Source: Octopus vulgaris (Eukaryota). From it: a stretch of 64,000 bases of DNA. Shown here in pieces: positions 13,040 to 26,429 of this stretch. A program made the translations under genes and the position numbers. The stretch covers positions 203,918,001-203,982,000 of the forward strand of contig OX597815.1 of the NCBI GenBank assembly GCA_951406725.2, given 5' to 3'. Under the pieces are notes generated by a model. That model did not search any database and was not told where the DNA came from. It worked only from the letters and a program-made list of their open reading frames with translations. Numbering within the stretch: position 1 is the stretch's first letter; every line of letters starts with the position of its first letter.

Positions 13040-15570
13040 TTATTATTATTATTATTATTCAGTAGTCTTATTTTTATAACGTACTTTCATTGCACTACTG
13101 AGCCCAACTCTGTGTGCCTCGGGTATGTTTTGTAACTTGTTGTGATGCTCTTATAGATAGTGTAAGGAAAGTGTTTTACGTAGGATGTGTGCGGTGCCTA
13201 GTAGTGCTATTTTCTGTATGTTGTATATATTTGCTATTCCTAGTGTTTTTGTTATGTACATGGGTTGGACAAAATAATGGAAACACCTAACATCAGAGCA
13301 TCATAATTTTGAAATGTCTATAAAAACAACAAAAGCTTGTTTATTTTTATATCTTTTGATTTATTATTAGTATCGTTTAATATGTTTTGCTAAAATTGCT
13401 GTTTCTTTTCAGATATCATCAGAAAAAGGTAATTAAAATGCATTAAAATGACACATCTATCGGACTTTTTGATACCTATTATCTTGTTTTTCGGATTGAG
13501 CTCTGTTTTCAATATTATTCTAACTCGTGTACAGTATTCTTTTTTTTTTATTATTTTCTCTTTCATTTGTGTGTGTTGTATTGTATCTTGTTCATTGGTT
13601 CCTAAGTATTTGTATGCCTTGCTTTGGTCTAATTCTCTTATTTCATTTGCTTTATCTAGTGTTATGTTACTACTCTTAACTAGTTTTCCTCTTTTCAAGG
13701 TTGCTTTAGTACATTTTTCTAAGCAAAATTTCATGTTTATTTCTTTGGTAAATCCATGTACTGTCTGTAGTAATATTTCCAGCTGTTTATCATTTGTAGC
13801 GTACAGTTTTAGATCTTCCATATATTTGAGTTGGCTGATTGTTTTGCAGTAACGGTTTTATCCACATCCAGTTTTGTTTAGCAAGTCAGATAAAGGTATC
13901 AGTGCCAAGCAGAGAAGGAGTGGAGAGAGCGTGTCTCCCTGAAATATTCATCTTCTAACGGGAATGGCTTTGCTTTTTATGAGTCCCTCTTTTGTCTGGA
14001 GCTGTAGCATTGTCTACCATTTATTCATGGAATGTTTTATATATTTTATGATTATTTGTGCTACCTTGTTCATGGCTAGTGTTTCTAGGATCCATGTATG
14101 GGGAACGCTATCAAAAGCTTTTCCGTAATCGATTCAGGCCTTACTTAGACCCTTCTTTCTGCGGCTGTTTTCAGTTATGGCTATATTGATCAGTCGCTGA
14201 TCTTTACAACCGTATGAGCCCTTGTAGCATCCCTTCTACTCTTCTGGAAACAGGCTATGTTCTTCCTGATGCTGGCTCAGTAAAGGCTTTGTAAATTTCA
14301 GTGGATTTGGGAATTAGGATAGTTTTCCCTTTCATGAGCCATTCAGGCATTGTTTGTGGTTCTGTTAGTATTTCATTAAATTTCTCAATGTGTGTTGTTA
14401 TTAGGTATTTAATCAGAAATTAGGGAACTTGTCGTGCCAGGGTGCCTTCTAGTTGCTTAGTTTTTGCATTGCCTAAGTGACCGCTTCAGTTGTTAAAGGA
14501 GTCCAAAGTTGTTCAGGTGCTGTGTTCGTTGTTTTGATAAATCTTTGCTGAGGTTCTTCCTTCGCCGACCATATTTCTTTCCAAAATTCTTCCACTTCTG
14601 CTGTTGGTGCTGCATTGATCTCAATTTTATTTTTGCCAGGTTCTTGGCAGAATCTTTTGGGATGAGAGTTGAACTGTTCATTTTGTTCAAAGAAATGTTG
14701 GCGTTTCTCAAACTGATGGATTCTTTGTGCTTTGGTGAGGATATCTTGCTTTAGCTGTCCTTTTACCTCAGATATACCTTGTTCTGTAATTTTGTATTTA
14801 CATAGTATTTTCTTCTCTTCTTGTTGCCTTAGTAGTGTTCATTTCATTTTCTTCTAGTTTCATTAAGGATTGACAAATCCTGTCTCTTATTTTCTATTTT
14901 TTCTGAATATCATTTATCCACAGGGTTTGTATGGGTGGTGATGCTCCTGCTTGGATGGGTTTTAGGGAGTATCTAGCCGTTTTTGTGACCACAGAGGCTG
15001 CTGCATATATTATATCAATTAGCCGGGTCATATTGACAATTTTTTTCTGTGGCTATTAGTTCTGTGCCGGGCAGGTTCATGCTATTTATTATTGATGTTG
15101 TTTTATTATCAATTTTAATTTTGGGGAGGTATAATCGGTGGTCCACACTGAGGTCTGTGGCTTTCAATTCTTTGATTATGCTCATTTTTAGACTATCATA
15201 ATCATTAGTTTCACCTTCGCTGTTACCAGGTTTTAGATTTGCTTCCTATTCCCTCCCGTTCATATTTTTGCCTGGAGTGGTCTGGTTTCATGCATTTTGC
15301 AAATCATTATACATTCCTACGGTCTGGGTTTGTTGTCTTTTGTTGTTTACTTCATTTTTGTTGGACATGTTACGTTGGACATTTTCGAGTTCCAGTGCTT
15401 ATGATATTATTTGGCATTGCTGTGTCGTTACTATTTATGTATTCCTGGTGTGTTTTTCCTTTTAACTGTTCTATTTCTGTGTCTGATAGTTTTTTGATTT
15501 GAGAGTATATCTCCGTATGGTAGCTAGTTTATTATGGCGCATTGTTGTATCCAAATCTTTATCTTTCAGA
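13040..15570 (-). mobile_element. Second R4/Dong-clade element with (TAA)n 3' end, internally deleted
   Basis: MEDLKLYA...YKYLG RT motifs, DYGKAFDSVPH; C-terminal IQKIALLGTAHILRK and 3' UTR ending in (TAA)n at 13040-13060. Confidence 0.85.
13259..13462 (+). mobile_element. Tc1/mariner terminal fragment
   Basis: TA|CATGGGTTGGACAAAATAATGGAAACACCT resembles a Tc1-type TIR after a TA target; it replaces the missing middle of the Dong element. Confidence 0.65.
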
Positions 15571-15580
15571 TTTTATATAA

Positions 15581-15983
15581 TCTTTTACTCTTTTACTTGT
15601 TTCAGTCATTTGACTGCGGCCATGCTGGAGCACCGCCTTTAATCGAACAACTCGACCCCGGGACTTATTCTTTTTGTAAGCCCAGTACTTATTCTATCGG
15701 TCTCTTTTGCCGAACTGCTAAGTGACGGGGACATAAACACACCAGCATCGGTTGTCAAGCAATGCTAGGGGGACAAATACAGACACACAAACACACACAC
15801 ACATTCATATATATACATATATACGACAGGCTTCTTTCAGTTTCCGTCTACCAAATCCACTCACAAGGTATTGGTCGGCCTGAGGCTATAGCAGAAGACA
15901 CTTGCCCAAGGTTCCACGCAGTGGGACTGAACCCGGAACCATGTGGTTGGTTAGCAAGCTACTTACCACACAGCCACTCCTGC
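15581..15983 (-). mobile_element. SINE family A, full length
   Basis: High identity to 576-977. Confidence 0.9.
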
Positions 15984-16160
15984 TGTATATGCTTTTGCGT
16001 TTTCGTTCTGAGGGTAGAACATTGCTGTAAAATAAACGTGTAGGATTGAAATATATTCCTCAAATGTCCATTTAGGCTTTTTTGATATTTATTTGCGGAT
16101 AAGAGAAATAACGCCCGGCCCTTTATTTTGATGGTCAATATTTTTCTAGGGTTCCGATCC

Positions 16161-16379
16161 GTTACTCTTTTACTCTTTTACTCTTTTACTTGTTTCAGTT
16201 ATTTGACTGCGGCCATGCTGGAGCACCGCCTTTAGTCGAGTAAATCGACCCCGGGACTTATTCTTTGTAAGCCCAGTACTTATTCTATCGGTCTCTTTTG
16301 CCGAACCGCTAAGTGACGGGGACGTAAACACACCAGCATCGGCTGTCAAGCAATGCTAGGGGGACAAACACACACACAC
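16161..16379 (-). mobile_element. SINE family A, 3' half
   Basis: Tail (TAAAAGAG)n plus 3' body. Confidence 0.88.
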
Positions 16380-16678
16380 TTCATTTGTGGTCTTAAATGG
16401 TTTTGCACGTGTAGTTTTTCGCACATTTTGTGTAACAAGTTCAAAGTACGTACTTCCCGTTTGTTATCCTTGGGTTGCATAATACTGGTATTATATAATT
16501 TATTGTTCATTTTTTTGTACATGTTGGTTGGAGGAGACGGAAATGGTCTGATGTTGAACGGATCGCAATGTGGCAAGTGTGTTTACAAGTGTTCCGCGAG
16601 GGATGGAGATGATACACATTTAAAATACATCGTTTCATTTGGGAAAAAGGAATGCATTTTAACGAGCATCATTCGTAT

Positions 16679-16769
16679 ATTGTCCAACACTTTTAATGCA
16701 TATTACTTACTCGGGTATTGTCCAACACTTTTAATGCATATTACTTACTCGGGTATTGTCCAACACTTT
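16679..16769 (+). repeat. ~38 bp tandem repeat x2.4
   Basis: ATTGTCCAACACTTTTAATGCATATTACTTACTCGGGT repeated. Confidence 0.9.
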
Positions 16770-16917
16770 GTCAGTTATTTTAGGTTCCATTTGGTGTCTT
16801 TATTCCAAATGTTTTTGGATAGATTTTGGAGCAGTGTTTTATCGCTCTCACATGTTAAACGCCCCCGGTGTTCTATGTCAAACGTCCCCGGTGTTACTCT
16901 GTTAAATATCCCACGTG

Positions 16918-17013
<96 letters not shown>

Positions 17014-17200
17014 AATGCGGCGAGTTGGCAGAATCGTTAGTACGCCGGGCGAAATGCTTAGCGGCATTCCGTCCGTCTTTACGTTCTGAGTTCAAATTTC
17101 GCCGTGACCGAATTTGCTGTGTGCCTATAGTAGAAAAGATTATTATTGCTGTTGTTGTTATTATTATTATTATTATTATTATAATTATTATTATTATTAC

Positions 17201-17251
<51 letters not shown>

Positions 17252-17370
17252 CATCATCATTATTATAAATGGTTAGCACGCCGGGCAAAATTCTTAGCGG
17301 TATTTCGTCCGACTTTACGTTCTGTGCATCAAAACTGCTATGGAGTTTTAATTTGCTTTTCATCCTTTTG
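16918..17370. repeat. (TCA)/(TTA)n microsatellites interleaved with truncated SINE B heads
   Basis: Trinucleotide runs with SINE B fragments at ~17016-17140 and ~17268-17366. Confidence 0.85.
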
Positions 17371-17552
17371 GGAGGTCAAACTCGGCGGCATTTGAATTTA
17401 CTATTCGTAGGTCAACCAGAAGTTATGGTAGAACATTTTGATTGCAAAACCTGTTGAACGTAGACTACACGGTTAGCAAAGTGTACTCTTAGCTGCGCAG
17501 CCATGCTTGCACCCACTTACCAAGCTGGGTAGTGATAATCAGTTCTCAAACG

Positions 17553-17772
17553 TCGGCGAGCTGGCAGAATCGTTAGCACGCCGGGCGAAATGCTTAGCGG
17601 TATTTCGTCTGCCGTTATATTGTGAGTTCAAATTCCGCCGAGGTCGACTTTGCCTTTCATCCTTTCGGGGTCGGTAAATTAAGTACCAGTTACGCACTGG
17701 GGTCGATATAACCGTTTGTCTGTCCTTGTTTGTCCTTTCTCTGTTTAGCCCCTTGTGGGTAGTAAAGAAATA
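17553..17772 (+). mobile_element. SINE family B, full length, TSD GATAATCAGTTCTC
   Basis: 14-bp TSD at 17534-17547 and 17773-17786. Confidence 0.92.
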
Positions 17773-19448
17773 GATAATCAGTTCTCTAATCAGATCTCTA
17801 AATGGCTTTTAAGTTTATCCAATATTAGATACTTAAGAACCTAAGTGCTATGATGACCAGATGGACAGATAACTTGGATGAGGACTCAATGCATATGCCA
17901 ATACATGGAAGTAACTACATAAAAGAAAATAAACATCAGCAGTTTAGTAACACATTTTGTCTCAACATTTAACTTATACACATTAATACATACGTGCACA
18001 AATAAATTTAGACGTGCATATTTCTCTCTCTTTATATGTGTTTGTATGTGTGTGAGTGTGTGTATGAGTTCGTATGTGTATCTCGAAATATATGTGTGTA
18101 TATACATACTTATAAACATATACACATGTGCGCAAACAGACCATACAATACATTCAAGAGTGGCTTCAAGTGCATGATGTGCATCAAAACTAAGATGCAC
18201 CTGTTTAGTTTTTATTTTATTTATCTAAATTATTCCATATTATTTCTGTGTATCTTATTTTCCTGATGTCATAAAAATATAATCATATAGCTACTATTAA
18301 ACTGAGATTGTTTACGTCACAAATACAACACCAGTAGCTTGGAACAGATGGTGTGAAATATCTTATCAAGTAAGGAGAAGAGTAAAAAATAAAAAAAACA
18401 ACAACAACAGCAGCAAATGCAAACACGAAAGGCAGCTTAACAAGTAACTCGTCACTTTACAAACGAGCATATTTTCAAAAGATTTCGTATCTTTTCATCA
18501 TTGTAAACAAACTTCTTATACCGTTCTGAATGTTTATTCATGTATTCACCTACATATTACTTCAATAATAATTGAAGCTGGCAGTCTTTGGTATTGCTTT
18601 TTAAATATTGAAAAACAATATAAACACTATTCGATAACAGCTGACAACTGAAAAATGTAGAAACAGAGGAAGGCTTTAGGACTATCGAGTCTACAAAAAA
18701 TGTTTCGATTCCTGACCGAAGCTGTCTTGATTTTCTTACACTGCAAATACCCTAGAAAAAGTCTTTAAGCTCCCAAGATTTCACCACCTCCCTTTTCCTT
18801 CTGTGTAAGACAAAATCTTCGTTTTCAAATATAAGAAACCAATGACTCACCTTATACAAAGTTTCAAATTTAGAGGGAGATGTTGATGAGATCTAAATTA
18901 GTAGATGATACTAAATCCAAAATTATGTCAAATGAATTCTCTGCCGTACACTATTACAAACTGTTAGTGTTGGTTGCGAAAAGTTTTACGACGTACACGA
19001 TACTAGTGGCTGAGTATTGTTAGTGTCTGCAGTAAAACTGGAGGCAGTGTTCACTTATATTAGTTTGCTCATACATCTAAATTCAGAATATTTTGTTCTT
19101 TAATAAATAAATCGCTTGAAGTTACTCTTAATTTTACAGGCACAGATATCAATAAAACATGTACGCACATATGTATGTAAATATGCATGAATATATCTAT
19201 GTCTACACGAAAAACACCATTTCTGCATAGAGAAAATTAGTAAATCTATATTTATAAATGATGATTTCTGTCTTATGCACAGTTTGAGAGGAGGGGTTAT
19301 TGGAATCTACTTGATATAAGTGACACTTTATTTTAATCGACACCGAAAATTTTGTACAATTTAAATTGCTAACTGGAGTATAAACCACCTAATATTCAAT
19401 CCTGCCGTCCATCATATGGAGGGTAGATACTGGTATGATGATATTTGA

Positions 19449-19915
19449 ATGCGGTGAACAAGCAGAATCCTTAGCATGCCGGTCAAAATGCTTAGCAGCC
19501 TTTCATCCGTCTTTACGTCTAAGATCAAATTCTGCCGAGATCGACTCTGCATTCCATCCTTTCGCGGTCAATAAAATAACTAACAGTCAAACTCTGGGAT
19601 CTATGTGATCGACATAACCCTAGCAGCCTTTCATCCGTCTTTACGTCTGAGATCAAATTCTGCCGAGATCGACTCTGCATTTCATCCTTTCGCGGTCAAT
19701 AAAATAACTAACAGTCAAACTCTGGGATCTATGTGATCGACATAACCCTAGCAGCCTTTCATCCGTCTTTACGTCTGAGATCAAATTCTGCCGAGATCGA
19801 CTCTGCATTTCATCCTTTCGCGGTCAATAAAATAACTGACAGTCAAACTCTGGGATCTATGTGATCGACTTAACCCTCCTGTGAAACTGCTGGTAGTCTA
19901 TCATAATTTGAAACC
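19449..19915 (+). mobile_element. Old SINE family B with internal 128-bp unit tandemly triplicated
   Basis: Units start at ~19493, 19621 and 19749; nearly identical to each other, diverged from the family consensus. Confidence 0.88.
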
Positions 19916-21020
19916 GATATTACGATACGTGTGTGCGAGGGTGTGTAATTAGCAATTGAGCTGAGTCAGTGTTGCTCTTCCCTTACCTCATAATTACTTC
20001 TGATACGATTGACTGTTGATGCTGACTACTTTAAATATGTTAACACATATTACTGATGAAGAGGTAAACTGATAGCTAAGCTGCATAAACAGAATAGAAG
20101 CAATGATAAGATATGGACTAGTTGATTATTATTTTAGAAAAACAAATGAATAAATACTAAATAATTTACTGAAACTTCAGCCTTTAAGATTATTAAGCAA
20201 GTAATGTAACTTAATAATATATTTTATTTATGATTCTGTTAATAGCATGAATGTAATTATAAACCATTTTTGAAAGTATCATTTCAGCTGTTCCTCATTG
20301 TTTTAATATCAGTTTTAATCTCGTAAACCTAATAGCAATATTAATGATCTGCCTCTATAACTGGCATTTTATATTAAATAAGAAAAATAAGGAAAATAAA
20401 ACATTATAAATTGCAGGTCACAAAGGAAGAAGATATCTATTTCATAACATAAAAACCCTAAATCTCTATGGATGTCACAAATCTCGTGAGTTTTGCAAGA
20501 GATAAATTCAGTCAAGTCATCTGGAAATTGAATCCAAAAGTCAATTTAAAGGAAATATAATAATTGTGCAGTAGTGCTAGTTCCGCATTTGACACCAGTA
20601 ATCAATGTGTTTACTAAAAGTGTCATCAAACTGACAAGAAAAAAAGCTTCCAGCATTGGCAAAGCATAAATCGTCAGTTGACATTCCCGAAGTGACGCAG
20701 CGAATTAAAACATACTGAGACGCATTTTTTATGGTAAATATTCTATGAACAAATCCATAATATATGTCATCAAATTGCTTCCGTTAGAAAGAAAACACGC
20801 AAAAGTTTTCACGTAGGCATATGCACATGTCTCTCTTTCTCTCTCTATATATATATATAAATACGCATGCATGCGTGTATGTGCGTCTGCGTGTGTGTAA
20901 CCTCGAACCCAAAATCTCATTACTACAAAACGAACTTCCTAACTACTCTGTCGAGCCTGCCTCCGTATACATATATAGACATACCATACGCACTCGCACG
21001 CACACACGCAAACACATATT

Positions 21021-21052
<32 letters not shown>

Positions 21053-21118
21053 TGTATGTATGTATGTATGTATGGATGGATGGATGGATGGATGGATGGA
21101 TGTAGGTAGGTAGGTAGG

Positions 21119-21151
<33 letters not shown>

Positions 21152-21244
21152 ATGTGTGCAAGCATGCATGTTTGTATGTATGTATGTTTGTATGTATCTG
21201 TGCATATCTATACATGCAATTATATTCAATAGCAACCACATATT

Positions 21245-21376
21245 GGTATTTCAAATTTTGTCACAAGGCCAGCAAGTTCGATTACAACGACCCCAGTTCT
21301 CAACTGGTACTTATTTTATTGACCTCCAAAATGATGAAAGGCAAATTCGACATCGCCGGAACCAGCTCGTCGCCTT
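21245..21376 (-). mobile_element. SINE family B, deleted copy
   Basis: ACTGGTACTTATTTTATTGACC...ATGAAAGGCAAA...CCAGCTCGTCGCC. Confidence 0.7.
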
Positions 21377-21446
21377 ATATTGATTCCCTTTTTATATTGT
21401 ATTTATTCGTTAAACATCAGAACAATTAGAAGTTGAAGAGGGAAAG

Positions 21447-21810
21447 GGAAGCACTCCGTCTGTTACGACGATGAGGGTTCCGGTTGATCCGAATCAACGG
21501 AACTTAACGTGTAAGTGGCTGAGCACTCCACAGACACGTGCACCCTTAACGTAGTTCTCGGGGATATTCAGCGTGACACAGAGAGTGACAAGGCCGGCCC
21601 TTTGAAATACAGGTACAACAGAAATAGGAAGTAAGAGAAAGTTGTGGTGAAAGAGTACAGCAAGGATCACCACCATCCCCTGCCGGAGCTGCGTGGAACT
21701 TTTATGTGTTTTCGCTCAATAAACACTCACAACGCCCGGTCTGGGAATCGAAACCGCGATCCTATGACCGCGAGTCCGCTGTCCTAACCACTGGGCCATT
21801 GCGCCTCCAC
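21447..21810 (-). mobile_element. SINE family C, TSD AGAAGTTGAAGA
   Basis: Full head; small internal deletions; TSD on both sides. Confidence 0.92.
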
Positions 21811-22117
21811 AAAGAAGTTGAAGAAACAACTGTGATAATCGCATACATTTATGCATTCATTTATCATTATTTTTATACGTAAAATGTTTCCTCTTATTAA
21901 TCTATAATTCAACATTTACTCTAGAATCTCATTTAATACCATATTTCATACTTAACCTATTTGTTACCCAAACGTTCCTTTTCATTATTTTCCTTACTGG
22001 TTTCCTTCTTCAAAGATTTGGAAAGTGAAAATAGGCGTTATTAGTTAATATTCTACTCTTGATTTCTGAATATTTGTATATACTTTAGTGTTTGAGAAGT
22101 ATATTATTATGTGGCTT

Positions 22118-22502
22118 GTGGAGGCGCAATGGCCCAGTGGTTAGGGCAGCGGACTCGCGGTCATAGGATCGCGGTTTCGATTCCCAGACCGGGCGTTGTG
22201 AGTGTTTATTGAGCGAAAACACCTAAAGCTCCACGAGGCTCCGGCAGGGGATGGTGGTGATCCCTGCTGTACTTTTTCACCACAACTTTCTCTTACTCTT
22301 ACTTCCTGTTTCTGTTGTACCTGTATTTCAAGGGGCCGGCCTTGTCACTCTCTGTGTCACGCTGAATATCCCCGAGAACTACGTTAAGGGTACACGTGTC
22401 TGTGGAGTGCTCAGCCACTTACACGTTAATTTCACGAGCAGGCTGTTCCGTTGATCGGATCAACCGGAACCCTCGTCGTCGTAACCGACGGAGTGCTTCC
22501 AC
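22118..22502 (+). mobile_element. SINE family C, TSD ATTATGTGGCTT
   Basis: Full length, 12-bp TSD. Confidence 0.92.
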
Positions 22503-23054
22503 ATTATGTGGCTTATGTTGACTTTTGTGTTTCTTTTTACTGCACTCTTGATTAGGAGATATTTGGCTTCAAGACTACACAGTGTATGTGGTTTGAGTAA
22601 TTGTAATTTCTGTCGTGTAATATCAGATGCATTTACTGCCTTCTGTTTGGGCCTATTTTAAGTATTTTAGTCTTCAAGACTGTAAGAACGCCAGCTGTTT
22701 TAATACATTTATTTATCTTCCGCTTCATTTGCAGAAGACAATGAAAGTGCTCTTCTTAGTAGGGATTTTATCACTGACTTTTGTAATTATGTGGATATAA
22801 GTTCTTTCCATGTAAGTAAATGCATTTTACATGTGTCTTTAGCTTTAATTGACTTTATGTGTTCTTTTTCAATTTGTCCTTTTCCAGTGCGACCAGAACT
22901 GGATCTGTGTTTGAATCAGTTTAGAACATAGTTGTTTTCAGATCTTTTAATTTCTCATAAGAAATATAACAAAAAAATTATGATGAAAACGTGGAAACTA
23001 GAACAAATGAATGAGTATGTAACGGTGTGTGAGCTCGAATATTTATATTAGTAT

Positions 23055-23103
<49 letters not shown>

Positions 23104-24294
23104 TGTATGTGTGTGTGTGCGTGCGGGTGTGTTATTATACTTGTGTGTGTGTGCGCGCGTGTATGTGTATGCGTGTGTGAATACATGTCTGTGTTCGGCA
23201 GCAGTGTGTCGCAAAGTGCAGCAACGTCAATGTTGTATGGTTGTATTGTTTAGTTCCGTGAAATGTCTTAGTCTACATAGTTGCGTGATTTCATTGGTTA
23301 AGCTGTGTGTAACTCGTGTTATTATCTCTAATGCCTTATGTTCGATTGCTAAAGGCATATCCTGTTAGCTGAACAGATTTTATGAAACACCGAACGCAGG
23401 TGATGCGTATTAGAAACCTATCCACTAATATAAATGCACTCTGTTGCCTTGTATAAACAGTTTCAATTAAAGTTCCAGGTCACTGATATAAATGTCAGCA
23501 ATACTGTTCCTGTTGCTTTGCTATGTCTCTTTGGAATTCTCTGGTATCTGGGTCGTTGATGCTGCTGGTGCTAGCTTTAGATAATACTGAAAATTGGCAA
23601 ACCGTCTGTTCAGCTTATAGTGATTCAACACATACTCTAACCTCTGTTTCACACCCATACTGTTTGCCCATTTTGCTTTCTACACCACTTTTGTAGTACT
23701 TACAGCGCCATGGTGTATCTCTCTTCGAAGCTGAGCACACCATCCTTAGTAGAAATTAGCAATCCATAGGTATAGCGATGAGTTTCGGACCCGGGTTGAG
23801 GTAGAAATGATTTTGTCTCCCACAAAACTCAGAGCATTTTTAATGGCACAGCACCCACACTAACCGATCCCAGTTGTCCCACAGACATCAGTGGTTGGCC
23901 ATCCCACCGGTCCGCCACCCTTGCCCAATCCAGCTATCTGCACCAATTCACTGAAAATTCCACCATGTTTTAGACGATTTCGGCTTTCAGGAGTGCTCTC
24001 AACACACTAATATCTCTCGAGCCTCTGCTCCCTTCGAAGTCATGTTGAAGTTGAATACCAACATCAAACCGGTAGACAAATAAGGTGCCGAGGTTGTGCA
24101 GAGCGCTGACCTCTATAGTAGTGCGACAGCTCCACAAAATCCTCTTCTATTGCCGTTTACTGTCTGACTCAACACTACTTGTCTCCTTCACTATCTGCCA
24201 ACTCCTAGCATCTTACCTTTTTAGGATCTTTTCCTTTTGATGGACGGAAGTTTCTAGTTAACTAAACAATTTGAAACTTCGTATACTGGTAGAA

Positions 24295-25262
24295 TGTGTC
24301 AAAAGAAAACATTATTGTAAACAAAATTGAAAACAAAATTGTAATTTGTAAGTTTAATGTAGTTTAATTCTTCGAATTTTAACCAATGCCAGCATTTGAG
24401 CTCAAATCATTTGCTGCGTCTAATTATTCATCCTTCTCTCTTCTGTCTGTCTTCTGTCTTCTGTCTTCTGCATGTGCTAGAAATAACAGCTATATCTCTT
24501 AAATCGATGAATTTCGTCGGCCAATAAAAATATTAACGATATTTTTTGAGTATTTTCTTTATCTTTTTTTTACCAAAAAGGCTTTTCCCATGGTTTTGAA
24601 GGTCCAGAAACAACAAAAACAAAACAATAATATGCCTAAATCGGTCTAGAGGGTGCGCGTGGAGTGCGGGTCGTATTGTAAAAATTTGCGAAATATATTT
24701 TTCATAAAAGGATGCCCCAGCTTGTCGGAGGCTGTGATATAAATTGGAAAAAAAATCCTCGACACCAGTGCGTAATTGGTACTTAATTTATCGACCCCGA
24801 AACTATGAAATATTGACCCCTCCCCACTTCTGGATTATTTACCTTTTGTGTAAATTTGTTGTGGCAAGGGGCAAAACACAGAGGGGACAAAGCATGAGAT
24901 ACAAAAGTATTAAGTCGATTCTATCGACACCAGTGCGAACTCACGAACGTGTATGTATGGTTGTGTGCGTATGTGTGTGTATGTATATCTCCGTTTGTAT
25001 GTGTGTGTACGCTTATATATTAATTACTATGTGCTTGTGCAAATGTATATGCATGTGTTTGAGAGAGAGAGAGAGAGGATGACAGAGAGTGTGTGTGTGT
25101 GGGCGTGCGTCTGCTATGTTTGTTTATCAATATCGATAACGCAGCAAATGATTTGAGCTCAAATGCTGGCATTTCATTGGTTAAAATTCGAAGAATTAAA
25201 CTACGTTAAACTTACAAATTACAATTTTGTTTTCAATTTTGTTTACAATAATGTTTTCTTTT

Positions 25263-25268
<6 letters not shown>
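24295..25268. repeat. ~125 bp near-perfect inverted repeat (24295-24419 / 25139-25268)
   Basis: TGTGTCAAAAGAAAACATT...TTTGCTGCGT versus its reverse complement; the spacer holds SINE B scraps and microsatellites. Confidence 0.85.
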
Positions 25269-25331
<63 letters not shown>

Positions 25332-25339
25332 CAAATATA

Positions 25340-25540
25340 CAAAGTAAAAGACAAAAGAAGACAGGTGTACGAATAAGCAGGTGTATTAGTTTAACGCTCG
25401 GGAAAAATAGAAAAGTTTTTAACGTTTCGATGTGACGTTCTTGGGCAGAAAGGAATAAGAGGGGAAAATGGAGAGAGAACGAAAACATGGAGAGAGGAAA
25501 ACTGTAGAATTCAGTGGAGGAACCCAAAAGTAACCGGAAA
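25340..25540 (-). mobile_element. PLE-like terminal fragment with decayed hammerhead (~25415-25452)
   Basis: Minus CTTT-CTGCCCAAGAACG..CATC-GAAACGTT-AAAA; resembles 48745-48930. Confidence 0.45.
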
Positions 25541-25958
25541 TACTCTCTCACGGACAAGCCCGTTGTTGTTTAGGCTTCCGCCACAAGAAGCCACTTGATG
25601 CGACCCACAGCTATTAGTATGCCGACAATAGGATATTGTATTTACTACTTTCAAGTCTAAAATAATTTTCGTTTTCAGGCTATCCTGGACAAATGACCAT
25701 TAAATAGATATGTAGAATCATTTTGAATTGATATAACTGGAAGGCACCGTTTACTGATTAATAATCTATGTCTGGAAAACTGCGACCGAAACAGTTGCCA
25801 TGTTTCTAACAGCTTACAAGGACGCTTCCATGACCAAAATACAAGTTTACGAGTGGTTTTCACGATTTAGGAATTGTCGCTTCTTGCTTGTAGACCAGCC
25901 TTGTATCTCTATGTAGACATTTCTGTATACATATATACATACACATTTTCAGACAAAT

Positions 25959-26003
<45 letters not shown>

Positions 26004-26043
26004 GACATACATACATACATACATACATACATACATACATACA

Positions 26044-26074
<31 letters not shown>

Positions 26075-26429
26075 GTTGGGCATGTGTGCGTGTTTATACA
26101 TATATATATATATATTTCGATTTGGGATTTGGTTTGCAAGATTCTTTATGTGAGTTCGTAAATTTGAAAAATCTTCATGAAAGAAGGAAGCATTTTCAAT
26201 TGTTCAAAAAGTAACCATCACCCCAGTACATGGTCGCCAAATATGCATTTTAAGAACAAGTTGCGACTTAATATTTAAACTATAAAATACAATATGTTAT
26301 AACGTCATAGACATCGAAACATAAAATTACACAAAAATCTTGCATGTGCAAAACCGAAATCAGAATAAATATTCTTCAAGGCCAACCAGTATCAAGCCAT
26401 CTCATAACTAACCACCAGAAGGTATAGGT

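Noticed and set aside
16353-17276. Longest ORF (307 aa)
   Set aside because: Starts in SINE A and runs through poly-Ile microsatellites and a SINE B; not a gene.
22520-24230. Possible decayed LINE 5' region
   Set aside because: Composition is suggestive but I could not recover a diagnostic motif.
25665-25774. Duplicated segment with TTTTCAG acceptor as a duplicated exon
   Set aside because: Stops in all three frames shortly after the AG.
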